The notes under the pieces are model-generated. The model ran no database searches. It was not told where the DNA came from and was given only the letters and a program-made list of their open reading frames with translations. Below, in pieces: positions 49,169 to 59,256 of a stretch of DNA of 64,000 bases (its first letter is position 1; each line of letters opens with the position of its first letter). A program made the position numbers and the translations under genes. The stretch spans positions 5,790-69,789 of the forward strand of contig CACAYF010000005.1 in NCBI GenBank assembly GCA_902536655.1. The letters run 5' to 3'. The stretch comes from an uncultured Alphaproteobacteria bacterium (lineage in GTDB: Bacteria > Pseudomonadota > Alphaproteobacteria > Methylaequorales > Methylaequoraceae).

Positions 49169-49766
49169 TAAGTTTAGCATTGGAGATACAATTGTAATAG
49201 CGAGCCACAATGAAGGTAAAATTAACGAATTTAAAACGCTTCTTGCAGCTTATAACTTAAGGATTATCACCTCACGCGATCTTGAAATTCAAGATGTTGA
49301 AGAGACAGGGAATACATTCCAAGAAAATTCATTAATCAAGGTAAAAAGTATACCTGACAATTATATTGCAATATCTGATGATTCTGGTTTGTGTGTTAAT
49401 AGTCTTGGAGGAAAGCCGGGAATACTTTCATCGAGATTCCAAAAACAATGTGGCGGATGGTTCGAGGCAATGGAGAAAATTTATTCAGATATTAAAAACA
49501 AAAAAATTGAAGATTTTTCAGCAAAATTCATTTGTTGTCTATCTATAAAATTTTCTAAAAATTTAATTTATTCTTATTTAGGGGAAATCAGAGGAAAAAT
49601 AGTCTGGCCACCTAAAGGAAAAAATGGATTTGGATATGATCCATTCTTTATACCTAAGGGGTATACTAAGACTTTTGCTGAAATGGAACATTCTAGCAAA
49701 ATATTAATTGACCACAGAAGTATTGCTCTTAAAAAACTAATTAAATTACATTTAAGCGACAGTTAA
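49155..49766 (+). CDS. rdgB: Non-canonical purine NTP pyrophosphatase (HAM1/RdgB)
   Basis: ASHNEGK, EETGNTFQEN, SDDSGL, GFGYDPFF. Confidence 0.95.
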   Translation: MQLSNKFSIGDTIVIASHNEGKINEFKTLLAAYNLRIITSRDLEIQDVEETGNTFQENSLIKVKSIPDNYIAISDDSGLCVNSLGGKPGILSSRFQKQCGGWFEAMEKIYSDIKNKKIEDFSAKFICCLSIKFSKNLIYSYLGEIRGKIVWPPKGKNGFGYDPFFIPKGYTKTFAEMEHSSKILIDHRSIALKKLIKLHLSDS

Positions 49767-51615
49767 AAACCTCTTCGGATCTTCTGTTCTTTTTAATTTT
49801 TTTAAGATATATTTCTCTTTGCAAAAAACCTGATTGTATTTTACTTTTTGTGAACTCTCCATTGAATAACAAGCTTTTCTTTTCTTTTTCACTCATTATT
49901 TTATAATTTGCAACTAAATCTAAGAGATCGTGCATATGATAGTTAAATGACATTGGATCTTTAGAAAAAACATTTTTAAAATTTTTAATAAATTCGTCGT
50001 CCCTATATTTTATACTTGAAGCATAATATGTTCCTTTGAACAAATTGTCCTTTTTGTTTGTATCCTCCCATAAGCTAGTTCCATAAATATTAGAATTTTC
50101 AGAGTTAATGTCATAAAAAGCTAAATGAGACAAAATCTCCAGCAATTTATCTCCCTCTGATGCTATTATTATTGAATCGAAAGGGGATCCAAGTGTTAGC
50201 ATCCTTTCTAAAGATTTAATTTCATTGTTTTTAAATTGATCTTCCAAGTCTGTGTTGTTTTCAATCCTCATTATTTCATTTTCTAGTTTCTGCTTTCTTT
50301 CCTTGAATCGACTTATTTTTTTTATCTCATTATTCAAATCTGTATCTGATTCTACCTCGAAAAACTCTATATTAACTTGCATCATGCCGAAATCATTTAC
50401 GTAGTTTAAAAAACTGTTTTTGATTACATACCCATATTTATCGGCATGATAAATTAGCAATACATTACTACTATCATTTTTAGCAATATGTTTTGTGATA
50501 CAAGACATTTGATCATTAGGAATTTGTCCTGAAACAATAATATTTTCAGATACATTATCCAAATCTGGAGAAAGACTAAAAAAGGTTAACCTTTTGTTAT
50601 TTTGAAAATGTTCTTTTACCTTTCTCGTTTCGTCAGAAAAAATGGGGCCTATAAAAGTTTTAACATCATTTGATATGGCTTGTTCTGCTGCAATAATTGC
50701 TCCTCTTGGTGTGCCTTTTGTATCGTAAATCTTAAAGTTGAGCTGATTAGGTCGAAGCAACATGCTATATCTTAAAGAATTAATAACCAAGCTACCTGCT
50801 GCACTTTTTTCACCAGTTAGCGGGAGTAACAACCCTACTAGGTTATCAGTTTCTATTTTTTTTTCTTTCAATTCTGGTTTTTTAAGATTTAAAAATGCAT
50901 ACCCGGATGTTTTTTTTTTTGAGTCGTTCACTTCTTCGATAGCTTTACTATCTTTAACAATCTCATCTTTAATTTTTTTGCTCGGATATTCCAAATCATT
51001 AAAATCTTTTCGATTGCGTTCGCTTGAAAATGGGGCGCTTTCAGCAACCTCTGAACTACTGGTATACTCTGAGTCATCTTTATTAAATTGAGCGAGAGCA
51101 TCATCTTCTGTTCTAAAAGAATTTTTATTTACTTTCTTTTCAATATTTTGAATTGTGGATTCATTTGGAAGTTTTTTATCTCTGGAGTCCTCTAAGTTGT
51201 CATCTTCAAAAAATTTAGTAAAAAATGAAATTATCTTTCTATCAGTTTTTTTAGTTTGTCCCATTTCTTTCAGAGGAAGAACATCAGCATCTTTTGATTC
51301 TTTTTGTTGTAAGGTTGAATCTTTTTTAGGTTTGTCATTTTTTAATTTAACTGCCAGTTGATCTTTCTTAATTTTTTCATCGTTTTGTTCTGAAACTTTG
51401 TTTTTTGGAGATTTTTTGAATTCTTTTTTTTCAAACTCTAAAGATTTCGAAATCTTCTTATCTTCTTTTTCTTGTTCATCAGTGTCTGAAAAGAGTTTCT
51501 CTTTGAGAATGCTCATAGATTGATCAATTTGGCAGCCAGAAAGGCTAAAGAGGGCTATAAATAAAAATAATCTTAAGTTACAAAGATTGGGTATCATCGT
51601 ATATGATGTTTTCAT
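49741..51615 (-). CDS. LpoA/LppC-like lipoprotein (PBP activator family) with a long charged N-terminal linker; start may be 51597
   Basis: Lipobox LSG-C; VGLLLPLTG, IYDTKGT, FIGPIFS, YGTSLW periplasmic-binding-fold motifs. Confidence 0.78.
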   Translation of the reverse strand: MKTSYTMIPNLCNLRLFLFIALFSLSGCQIDQSMSILKEKLFSDTDEQEKEDKKISKSLEFEKKEFKKSPKNKVSEQNDEKIKKDQLAVKLKNDKPKKDSTLQQKESKDADVLPLKEMGQTKKTDRKIISFFTKFFEDDNLEDSRDKKLPNESTIQNIEKKVNKNSFRTEDDALAQFNKDDSEYTSSSEVAESAPFSSERNRKDFNDLEYPSKKIKDEIVKDSKAIEEVNDSKKKTSGYAFLNLKKPELKEKKIETDNLVGLLLPLTGEKSAAGSLVINSLRYSMLLRPNQLNFKIYDTKGTPRGAIIAAEQAISNDVKTFIGPIFSDETRKVKEHFQNNKRLTFFSLSPDLDNVSENIIVSGQIPNDQMSCITKHIAKNDSSNVLLIYHADKYGYVIKNSFLNYVNDFGMMQVNIEFFEVESDTDLNNEIKKISRFKERKQKLENEIMRIENNTDLEDQFKNNEIKSLERMLTLGSPFDSIIIASEGDKLLEILSHLAFYDINSENSNIYGTSLWEDTNKKDNLFKGTYYASSIKYRDDEFIKNFKNVFSKDPMSFNYHMHDLLDLVANYKIMSEKEKKSLLFNGEFTKSKIQSGFLQREIYLKKIKKNRRSEEVFNCRLNVI

Positions 51616-52213
51616 GTTAAAAAAAATTGCTCTAGTTATTATTTTATATATATTTATACATTACAAAGCATTTAGCAATATAAATAGAGATAGAATTTTA
51701 AATTATTTAGAGAGTTTTTCCTCCCTAAACTCAGAATTTATTCAAATCAATAATAATGGAGACATATTATCTGGAAAAATCTTTGTATCACGTCCAGGAA
51801 AATTTAGAATCGAATATGAACAAATTCCTCTAGTATTGATTTCAGACTCTAAGCGTCTAGCATCTGTAAATAGGGATCTTAAAAGTATAAACTTTCACAG
51901 TACAAATAATAATCCACTTAGTATTCTTCTTTTCGACAAACTTGATATGAAACAAGTTAAAATATTAAATTTAGTTGAAAGGGAAAATACATTGTTAGTA
52001 GAAATTTCAAGCGCTAATTTTGAAGATAAAGGTTTTATTGAGATTTTATTTGAAACAAAGCCTTTAGTAATGAAAAAGTGGACTGTATTTAAAACTGATC
52101 AAACAAAAACTGAAGTTTTTTTTGATAACCTGTTTTTAAATAAAAGTTTGCCTTCAAGACTATTCGATATTGAATTAGAAGATCCAAGAAAGATTCCATT
52201 TCAAATATATTAG
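51614..52213 (+). CDS. lolA: Outer-membrane lipoprotein carrier LolA family protein
   Basis: Signal peptide from ATG 51614; SEFIQ, SGKIFVSRPGKFRIEY, NPLSILL, KKW...T. Confidence 0.88.
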   Translation: MLKKIALVIILYIFIHYKAFSNINRDRILNYLESFSSLNSEFIQINNNGDILSGKIFVSRPGKFRIEYEQIPLVLISDSKRLASVNRDLKSINFHSTNNNPLSILLFDKLDMKQVKILNLVERENTLLVEISSANFEDKGFIEILFETKPLVMKKWTVFKTDQTKTEVFFDNLFLNKSLPSRLFDIELEDPRKIPFQIY

Positions 52214-52872
52214 TCACTTTTTAAATAATACTTTTTATCGATTTGAACCAACGTTCTTGGTTGGTTAGGGTCATGCTCAATTTTTTTCCTTAGCCTGTAA
52301 ATTAAAGATTCCATTGTGTGTGTTTCTAGGTTTACATTATGTTCCCATACATTCTTGAGAATTTCACTTTTAGTGCAGCCATCGTTTTTATTTAAAATAA
52401 AATATATAAGTTTATTTTCAAGATCTGTGAGTTTAATAAAGTCTCCGTTAGTATCGTTTATTAATTTAGAATTAAGATGATCGTATAACTTATTTCCAAA
52501 TCTTATATTTAACTTTTGTTTATCAAAGGTTGTCTCTAAAGTTTTTATGTATCTAATTAATTCATTAAATATGATGGGTTGAATAAAGGTTTTAAAATTA
52601 AAGTTATTTGCAGAAAATTTCATATTTTTATTCAAAATAAATATAAAATAGGAACTAATAATTTTTTTTTTAAAAAGAGAAAAAATGTTATTTAGTTCAT
52701 TTTCAGAAACAATTTCAACTATTAATATTGAATTTTGAAGATTTGAGTTTGAAAGAGATTTTATATTTTTTTTTAAATTAATTTCAAAGCCTTCTTTTTT
52801 TAAAAGCTTTTTAAGCTCTAAAAAGATAAAATTTCTTTTAAAAATAGCTATAATCTTTTTAACTTTTGTCAT
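52210..52872 (-). CDS. OmpR-type winged-helix regulator with degenerate receiver domain (CenR-like by position)
   Basis: IKLTDLE, EILKNVW, THTMESLIYRLRKKIEHDP C-terminal domain; N-terminus lacks the acidic pocket. Confidence 0.8.
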   Translation of the reverse strand: MTKVKKIIAIFKRNFIFLELKKLLKKEGFEINLKKNIKSLSNSNLQNSILIVEIVSENELNNIFSLFKKKIISSYFIFILNKNMKFSANNFNFKTFIQPIIFNELIRYIKTLETTFDKQKLNIRFGNKLYDHLNSKLINDTNGDFIKLTDLENKLIYFILNKNDGCTKSEILKNVWEHNVNLETHTMESLIYRLRKKIEHDPNQPRTLVQIDKKYYLKSD

Positions 52873-52884
52873 ATTCTTTTTATA

Positions 52885-53391
52885 GTGGCAAATCTAAAAG
52901 TTTTTAAAACAAAAAAAAAAAATATCGGCGTTTTAGTTCATGATAAGATTAAATTCAAATGCTATTTAGGTTCAAAAGGCATTGGAAAAAAAACTCGTGA
53001 AGGAGATAAAATTACCCCGATTGGGACTTTTAGGTTTTCTGAAGTTTTCTATCGTCCAGATAAAGTGCAATATTTAAAAACATGCCTTCCAACAAAAAAA
53101 ATTAATAAAACCTCTTTTTGGTGTGTTGATCCTAGAAGTAGGTTTTATAACAGTCTCCAAAAAAAAAAAAATTATATATGCGAGGAACTTTATAGAAATG
53201 ATGATCTTTACGACATACTCATCACATTAAATTACAATTTAAATAAAAAAAAATTTAAAGGGAGTGCTATTTTTTTGCACTGTAGCGATCTTTCTAAAAA
53301 TTATACAGATGGTTGCATCGCGCTTGAAAAACAAAAACTCCTGAAAATTCTTAATTCAATTAAAACTTATTCAAAATTAATAATTTTTTAA
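52885..53391 (+). CDS. L,D-transpeptidase (YkuD) family protein
   Basis: KTREGDKITPIG, YRPD, WCVDP..YN, GSAIFLH, TDGCIAL. Confidence 0.88.
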   Translation: MANLKVFKTKKKNIGVLVHDKIKFKCYLGSKGIGKKTREGDKITPIGTFRFSEVFYRPDKVQYLKTCLPTKKINKTSFWCVDPRSRFYNSLQKKKNYICEELYRNDDLYDILITLNYNLNKKKFKGSAIFLHCSDLSKNYTDGCIALEKQKLLKILNSIKTYSKLIIF

Positions 53392-54065
53392 TCCCTTTTA
53401 CCAAATATTCCAGTTCCAACTCTTATGAAAGTTGCTCCGTAACTAATTGCAGATTTAAAGTCATTTGTCATTCCCATGCTAGCATGTTCTAGATTTAAAC
53501 GATCGCATAAATTTCTTATCTTTATAAAAAAAGGTTCAGGTGGTTGATCTAATGGTGGTATGCACATTAATCCAATAATCTTTAAATTAAGATCGTTGGA
53601 ACACCATTGAAAAAACTGTTCGGCTAAACTCTCTTCTATTCCACTTTTTTGTTTTTCACCACCAATGTTTACTTGAATAAAAAATTTTTTTTTATTTATA
53701 TCAGTTTTCTCTTCTAGGTATTTGTTCAATTTTAAAGCAATTTTCTCTCTATCAACAGTCTGGATTACATCAAATATCTCTAAAGCCAAATTTGCTTTGT
53801 TTGATTGAAGAGGACCAACAAGATGCAACTCAATATTTTTTTCGGGATTTTCCTTTTTTAGGTCAACCCATTTAGATTGAGCTTCTTGAACTTTATTTTC
53901 CCCAAAAGTTCTATGACCTTTATTAACTAAGATTTGAATTATTTCTTTTGGAAACTTTTTAGAAACTGCTATTAGTTCTGGTTCACAATATTTTCCGTTG
54001 AGCTTATCTCTGCAAGAACGTATTTGTTTTAAAATTTCGTCATAATTTGATAATATTTTATTCAT
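53388..54065 (-). CDS. yggS: PLP homeostasis protein YggS
   Basis: LIAVSK, FGENKVQE, HLVGPLQSNK, GLMCIPP, SMGMTND, RVGTGIFG. Confidence 0.97.
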   Translation of the reverse strand: MNKILSNYDEILKQIRSCRDKLNGKYCEPELIAVSKKFPKEIIQILVNKGHRTFGENKVQEAQSKWVDLKKENPEKNIELHLVGPLQSNKANLALEIFDVIQTVDREKIALKLNKYLEEKTDINKKKFFIQVNIGGEKQKSGIEESLAEQFFQWCSNDLNLKIIGLMCIPPLDQPPEPFFIKIRNLCDRLNLEHASMGMTNDFKSAISYGATFIRVGTGIFGKRD

Positions 54066-54069
54066 AATT

Positions 54070-54660
54070 ATGTATTACCAAATTAAAAAAAAATCCACAA
54101 TTCCAAAAGAATGGTTCTTTTTCAAACCAGAGAATTTCTTAGATAGTAAAAAATTACGTAATCTATCAAAAAAAGCAGGGGTGATATTCTTCAATAACAA
54201 TTTAGATATCAATAATTTTCTGAAAAAAATTGAACCACTTTTATGTTTTTGCAGAAAAAGAAAAATTAAATTTGTAATTCCTTTTTCTAAATTTTGGGGT
54301 AATAGGTACAATCCATTCGGAATGATGGTTGAAATAGATAGAAAATCAAAAAAAATTTATTCGACGAAAAATAAACATAGGCGTTATTATACTGTAGCAA
54401 AAGTACATAACTTGAAAGAGGCGTTTTTAGCAAGAGGTTTCGTTGATTTAATATTCCTTTCACCAGTGTTCAAAACAAATTCGTATCCTGACAAAAAACC
54501 CTTGAGCAAGTATATTTTTATATCTCTATGTTTTTTTTTTAAGGAAGAGTTAGTTTTTGCGCTAGGTGGAGTAAATTATACAAACATAAGGTCTATCAAG
54601 AATAAAAAATTATATGGTTTTGGTGCAATAAGTTGTTTTAAAAATTATGAAAAAATATAA
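54070..54660 (+). CDS. Thiamine-phosphate synthase (ThiE/TenI)-like protein, divergent
   Basis: [24 protein letters not shown]-terminal motifs; N-half poorly conserved. Confidence 0.7.
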   Translation: MYYQIKKKSTIPKEWFFFKPENFLDSKKLRNLSKKAGVIFFNNNLDINNFLKKIEPLLCFCRKRKIKFVIPFSKFWGNRYNPFGMMVEIDRKSKKIYSTKNKHRRYYTVAKVHNLKEAFLARGFVDLIFLSPVFKTNSYPDKKPLSKYIFISLCFFFKEELVFALGGVNYTNIRSIKNKKLYGFGAISCFKNYEKI

Positions 54661-57172
54661 TCCGGAAATCATTGAGAAAAAATGGCAAAACTATTGGGCT
54701 GAAAAAAGAACCTATAAGTCCAAAGTAGATCGAACTAAAAAAAAATTTTATGTACTAGAAATGTTTCCCTATCCTTCTGGAAAGATTCATATGGGCCACT
54801 TAAGAAATTATACAATAGGTGATGTAACTGCTAGATTCTACAAACTAAATGGTTTCAACGTTTTGCATCCCATGGGATGGGACAGTTTTGGAATGCCAGC
54901 TGAAAATGCTGCTATCGAAAACAATTCAAATCCTAAAGATTGGACTGAAAGAAATATAAAAAGTATGAAATTACAATTGATGAGAATAGGATTATCAATT
55001 GATTGGGAGCGTGAAATATCAACTTGTGATTCAAATTATTATAAACATCAACAAAAAATTTTTATAGAATTTTTCAAAAACGGGCTTGTTTACAAAAAGG
55101 ATAGTTTTGTTAATTGGGATCCGGTTGATAAAACAGTATTAGCCAACGAACAAGTTGTTGATGGGAGAGGTTGGAGATCTGGAGCTACCGTTGAGAAAAA
55201 AAAACTCTCTCAGTGGTTTCTAAATATTTCTAAATTTTCACATGAACTTCTTAGTGATTTAAATCAATTAGAAAATTGGCCAGAAAAAGTTAAATTAATG
55301 CAAAAAAATTGGATTGGAATGTCTGAAGGAGCTGAAATAAATTTCAAATTATGTAAATCAAAGTTGTCGATTGACGTTTTTACAACAAGACCAGAAACTA
55401 TCTTTGGAGCAACTTTTATTGCGTTATCAGTTGAACATCCCCTATCATCAAAATTTTCGGAGAATGAAAAATTTTTAAAATTTAGAAACAAATGTTTAAA
55501 GATGCAGGAAAAAAGAGACTTTATTAAGGAAAAGATTGGATTTGACACAAGTTTTTTTGCTGAACATCCTTTCCTCAAAGACGAAAAAATTCCAATATTT
55601 TTTTCTAATTATGTGATGATAAACTACGGAAATGGAGCAATCTTTGGATGCCCTGCTCATGACGAAAGAGATTATGATTTTGCTAAAGAATACAATATCC
55701 CCATCAAATGTATAATTAAAAACAAAGAAAAAAAACTTCCTTATTTTGAGACAAATGAAACAGATATACTTATAAATTCGGAATTTCTTAATGAAAAAAA
55801 TTTAAAAAAAGCCAAAGAAATAATTATTAAAAAAATTGAAGAAAACAAAACAGGGAAAAAATCTGTAAAATTCAAACTAAAAGATTGGGGTGTATCACGA
55901 CAAAGATATTGGGGTTGCCCAATTCCTATAATTTACAGAAAAGACGGTAAAGTTTTAACCGTAAAAGAAAATGAACTGCCAATCAAACTGCCGAATGATA
56001 TCGAATTAAGATCAGCTGGAAATCCTCTTGAAAATCATCCAAACTGGAAAAATACGAAGTGTCCTAAAACTGGTATGGATGCAATTAGAGAAACTGATAC
56101 CCTTGATACATTTTTCGATTCGTCATGGTATTTTTTGAGATTCTGTTCTCCTAAATCAATAGAGGAGCCCTTTGAGAATAAAGAATTACGTTATTGGATG
56201 CCGGTTGATCATTACATTGGTGGGATAGAACACGCAATTTTACATTTGCTTTATTCTAGATTTTTTGTTAGAGCGCTGAAATTTTGCGGTAAGAAAATCC
56301 CTAAAGAACCTTTCAAAAAACTTATAACACAAGGAATGGTCTGTCATGAAACTTTCAGAACAAAAGAAAACAAATGGATAGACCCTAAAAACGTATTCAA
56401 AGAAAATGGTACATATTGGACAAATCAAGAAAATAAAAAAATTTTAATTATAAAGGGAAGATCAGAAAAAATGAGCAAATCCAAAAAGAATGTTGTAGAT
56501 CCTGATTCAATAGTTTTTACTTATGGTGCAGATACAGCGCGGCTTTTTATGATATCAGACTCTCCTCCAGAAAAAGATTTAGAATGGTCGATTGATGGTA
56601 TCAAAGCGATGAATAAGTACTTAGAAAAGATTTATGATCTACTATCATCAAAATTCAAATTTATACTCACCTTTCAAAAAGACAAGTACATGCTCGATGA
56701 GGAAAAAAAAGCATATGAATTTACTAATAATACAATTCATTCTTTTTCAGAGGATGTAAAAAACTATAGATTCAATAAAGCGGTCGCAAAATTACGCGAA
56801 TTATCAAACTTTCTTATTAGAGAAAAATTGAAAGGTGATTTATTTAACTATTGTTGGTCAATTTATATAAGGTTGATCTATATTATAACACCGCATTTTT
56901 CTCAGGAGTTGGTTTATGAATCTGGATCAGATCAAATAATTGAAGATATTGAGTGGCCTGAAGCAGACCTAAGTAAATTATCTAATACCAAAGTAATGAT
57001 AGTTATTCAAATAAATGGGAAAAAAAAGGATATTATAAAAGTTGATGAGAATATTAAAAAAGATAAATTAGTTGAAATTATTATTAGAAACCAAAACAAT
57101 TACAATATAGATGTCAATGAGACCAAGAAAATTATATTCGTTCCCAATAAAATAATTAATTTTGTTATATGA
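54647..57172 (+). CDS. leuS: Leucyl-tRNA synthetase
   Basis: [45 protein letters not shown]. Confidence 0.99.
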   Translation: MKKYNPEIIEKKWQNYWAEKRTYKSKVDRTKKKFYVLEMFPYPSGKIHMGHLRNYTIGDVTARFYKLNGFNVLHPMGWDSFGMPAENAAIENNSNPKDWTERNIKSMKLQLMRIGLSIDWEREISTCDSNYYKHQQKIFIEFFKNGLVYKKDSFVNWDPVDKTVLANEQVVDGRGWRSGATVEKKKLSQWFLNISKFSHELLSDLNQLENWPEKVKLMQKNWIGMSEGAEINFKLCKSKLSIDVFTTRPETIFGATFIALSVEHPLSSKFSENEKFLKFRNKCLKMQEKRDFIKEKIGFDTSFFAEHPFLKDEKIPIFFSNYVMINYGNGAIFGCPAHDERDYDFAKEYNIPIKCIIKNKEKKLPYFETNETDILINSEFLNEKNLKKAKEIIIKKIEENKTGKKSVKFKLKDWGVSRQRYWGCPIPIIYRKDGKVLTVKENELPIKLPNDIELRSAGNPLENHPNWKNTKCPKTGMDAIRETDTLDTFFDSSWYFLRFCSPKSIEEPFENKELRYWMPVDHYIGGIEHAILHLLYSRFFVRALKFCGKKIPKEPFKKLITQGMVCHETFRTKENKWIDPKNVFKENGTYWTNQENKKILIIKGRSEKMSKSKKNVVDPDSIVFTYGADTARLFMISDSPPEKDLEWSIDGIKAMNKYLEKIYDLLSSKFKFILTFQKDKYMLDEEKKAYEFTNNTIHSFSEDVKNYRFNKAVAKLRELSNFLIREKLKGDLFNYCWSIYIRLIYIITPHFSQELVYESGSDQIIEDIEWPEADLSKLSNTKVMIVIQINGKKKDIIKVDENIKKDKLVEIIIRNQNNYNIDVNETKKIIFVPNKIINFVI

Positions 57173-57666
57173 AAATAAAAAAACTTATCACGATTTTTAT
57201 TATTTGCTTTTTAAATTCCTGTGCGTACAAGCCTTTGTACAAGAATACCAATACATTTTATCCCCACAATATCAAAATTATTATTAAATCAAAAGGCAAA
57301 TATGAGAACAACGCATCGATAATGAAACTACTTTTAGACGAAAAACTAAATTCAAAGAATTCTAAAGACTCTAACTTAAAATTAATTGTCTCAATTAATC
57401 GCAATGTCTCTAGTATGGGAATAAATAAAGATTTAAGTTCCGATGCACTTATGCTTGTGATAGAAGCAAACTATGTCTTTCTTGATAAAACAGGAAAGCT
57501 AAGCTCAGGTAAACTAAGAAATACAGGAAATTTTAACTATACGACAAACAACTATGCAAATATTGTTTCTATGGAGGATACTTCAAAAAAAATAATAAAG
57601 TCCTTATCTTCAGATCTTGCAGATCTAATTCTATCTTTGTCTGTTAAAAGAAAAATAACGCCATGA
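57169..57666 (+). CDS. lptE: LPS assembly lipoprotein LptE-like
   Basis: Lipobox [10 protein letters not shown]; position between leuS and holA. Confidence 0.8.
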   Translation: MKIKKLITIFIICFLNSCAYKPLYKNTNTFYPHNIKIIIKSKGKYENNASIMKLLLDEKLNSKNSKDSNLKLIVSINRNVSSMGINKDLSSDALMLVIEANYVFLDKTGKLSSGKLRNTGNFNYTTNNYANIVSMEDTSKKIIKSLSSDLADLILSLSVKRKITP

Positions 57667-58694
57667 TCGTAAAATTTGAAGATTTTGAAAAAACCTCTGA
57701 AAACTATCGTTCATTTAGGTTTTTTTTATTTCACGGTCAAAATTATGGAAAAGTAAGTGAGTGTGCTGATTTAATTAAAAATTTTGAAGATGTTAAGAAA
57801 AACTTTGATGTAATAAACTTGTTTTCGGATGACATTAAAAAGGAAAATTTATCAAAGATCTTTCTTGAAAGTTCAACACCTAATATTTTTGGCTCCAAAA
57901 CTTTTTTGTGCTTTCATCTTAGCAGTGAAAAAATCAGTAAAGAAATAATCTCCATTATTTCAAAGGAAACCAATAGAGACTTAATTGTTGTTTTAAAATC
58001 TTATCAACTCAGCCCACGATCGTCACTAAGGTCTTTTTTTGAAAATAACAATGATTCTATTTCAGTTGCTTGTTATGAAGAAGATGAAAGAGAGAAGAGA
58101 AAATACATAGATAATTTTTTAAAGAATGAAGGGCTAAAAGTTTCAGAATCCCTGATTGATTTATTAAGTAACAATCTATCAAATCAAAGACTAGAAATTA
58201 AAAGTGAGCTTGAAAAGATGATTGTTCTATACAAGAGTGCACCAGTAGAAAAGTCTAAGCAAAGCTCTCTTTCGTTCATATCAGAGTCACTGGACAATGA
58301 TGACACTAGATTTATTTTTTCTCTTGTATCTAAGGAGAAAAATGGTTTCGTTGAAAATTATAATAAATTTACTGACTATGGCTCTGACAATATTAGGTTG
58401 ATAACTTATCTTCTTGAACACTTTTTTAGGCTTCTTGCAGTCAAGATTAAAATAATGGAAGGTATTGACATTAGCATTGCTATAAAACAATTAAGGCCTC
58501 CCATTTTCTTTAAAAATTTACCAGAATTTAAAAAACAAATTAATATGTTTTCCACAGATGAATTAAAGCTGGTCATAAAAAAATTATTCATATCGAAGCA
58601 TGAGTTTATAAGCGGAAGGTGGGCCTCCTCGTCAACATTTATGCTTAATCTATTGCTTTTTTTAAGTTCAAGGTTTTCTCTAAGAAATTCTTAA
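57663..58694 (+). CDS. holA: DNA polymerase III delta subunit
   Basis: FLFHGQNYG, SSLRSFFE, VACYE, ELEKM, LRPPIFFK; leuS-lptE-holA synteny. Confidence 0.9.
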   Translation: MIVKFEDFEKTSENYRSFRFFLFHGQNYGKVSECADLIKNFEDVKKNFDVINLFSDDIKKENLSKIFLESSTPNIFGSKTFLCFHLSSEKISKEIISIISKETNRDLIVVLKSYQLSPRSSLRSFFENNNDSISVACYEEDEREKRKYIDNFLKNEGLKVSESLIDLLSNNLSNQRLEIKSELEKMIVLYKSAPVEKSKQSSLSFISESLDNDDTRFIFSLVSKEKNGFVENYNKFTDYGSDNIRLITYLLEHFFRLLAVKIKIMEGIDISIAIKQLRPPIFFKNLPEFKKQINMFSTDELKLVIKKLFISKHEFISGRWASSSTFMLNLLLFLSSRFSLRNS

Positions 58695-59256
58695 CTTTAT
58701 TTTTTAATATTTTTATATCCTCTTCTGTATTTAGATCAAGAGAGATACATTTTCTTTCAACATTAGTATTTAAAGCTTGTGTTTTGATTATTTGGTTAAA
58801 TTTCACTAGGGTCATATTTTTTCTTTTTAATACTCTTTCCTTTTGAACTTTCGATGAGACAAAAGTTCGAATTATAAAGTCATAGTCGCTTTGTAGTTTT
58901 TTTTCAAATAACAAAGGAATGTCAAAAAATACCGCCAATTCATTACAGTTTGTCTCGAAAAATTTTTCTTTGCTTTCCCAAATTTTTGGATGAACTATCT
59001 GCTCTAACTTTTTTAATTCTTTTGTATTCGAGAATACGAATTCTCCAAGTTTTACTTTATCAATCCTGTTCCTTTTGATAAGTCCCGGAATTTTAGACTT
59101 AAATTCTTTGCTAATTTTACTTATTAAATCTTTCTTGGTCATGGCTTTCTCTACCTCTTGATCGGAATCAAAAACTTTGAATCCTAACTCTCTAACAATA
59201 CTAGTAATTGTTGATTTGCCGCTTCCGATGTTTCCAGTTATTGCAATTTTAATCAT
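58645..59256 (-). CDS. coaE: Dephospho-CoA kinase
   Basis: ITGNIGSGKST, LEQIVHP, DIPLLFE. Confidence 0.95.
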   Translation of the reverse strand: MIKIAITGNIGSGKSTITSIVRELGFKVFDSDQEVEKAMTKKDLISKISKEFKSKIPGLIKRNRIDKVKLGEFVFSNTKELKKLEQIVHPKIWESKEKFFETNCNELAVFFDIPLLFEKKLQSDYDFIIRTFVSSKVQKERVLKRKNMTLVKFNQIIKTQALNTNVERKCISLDLNTEEDIKILKNKVKNFLEKTLNLKKAID

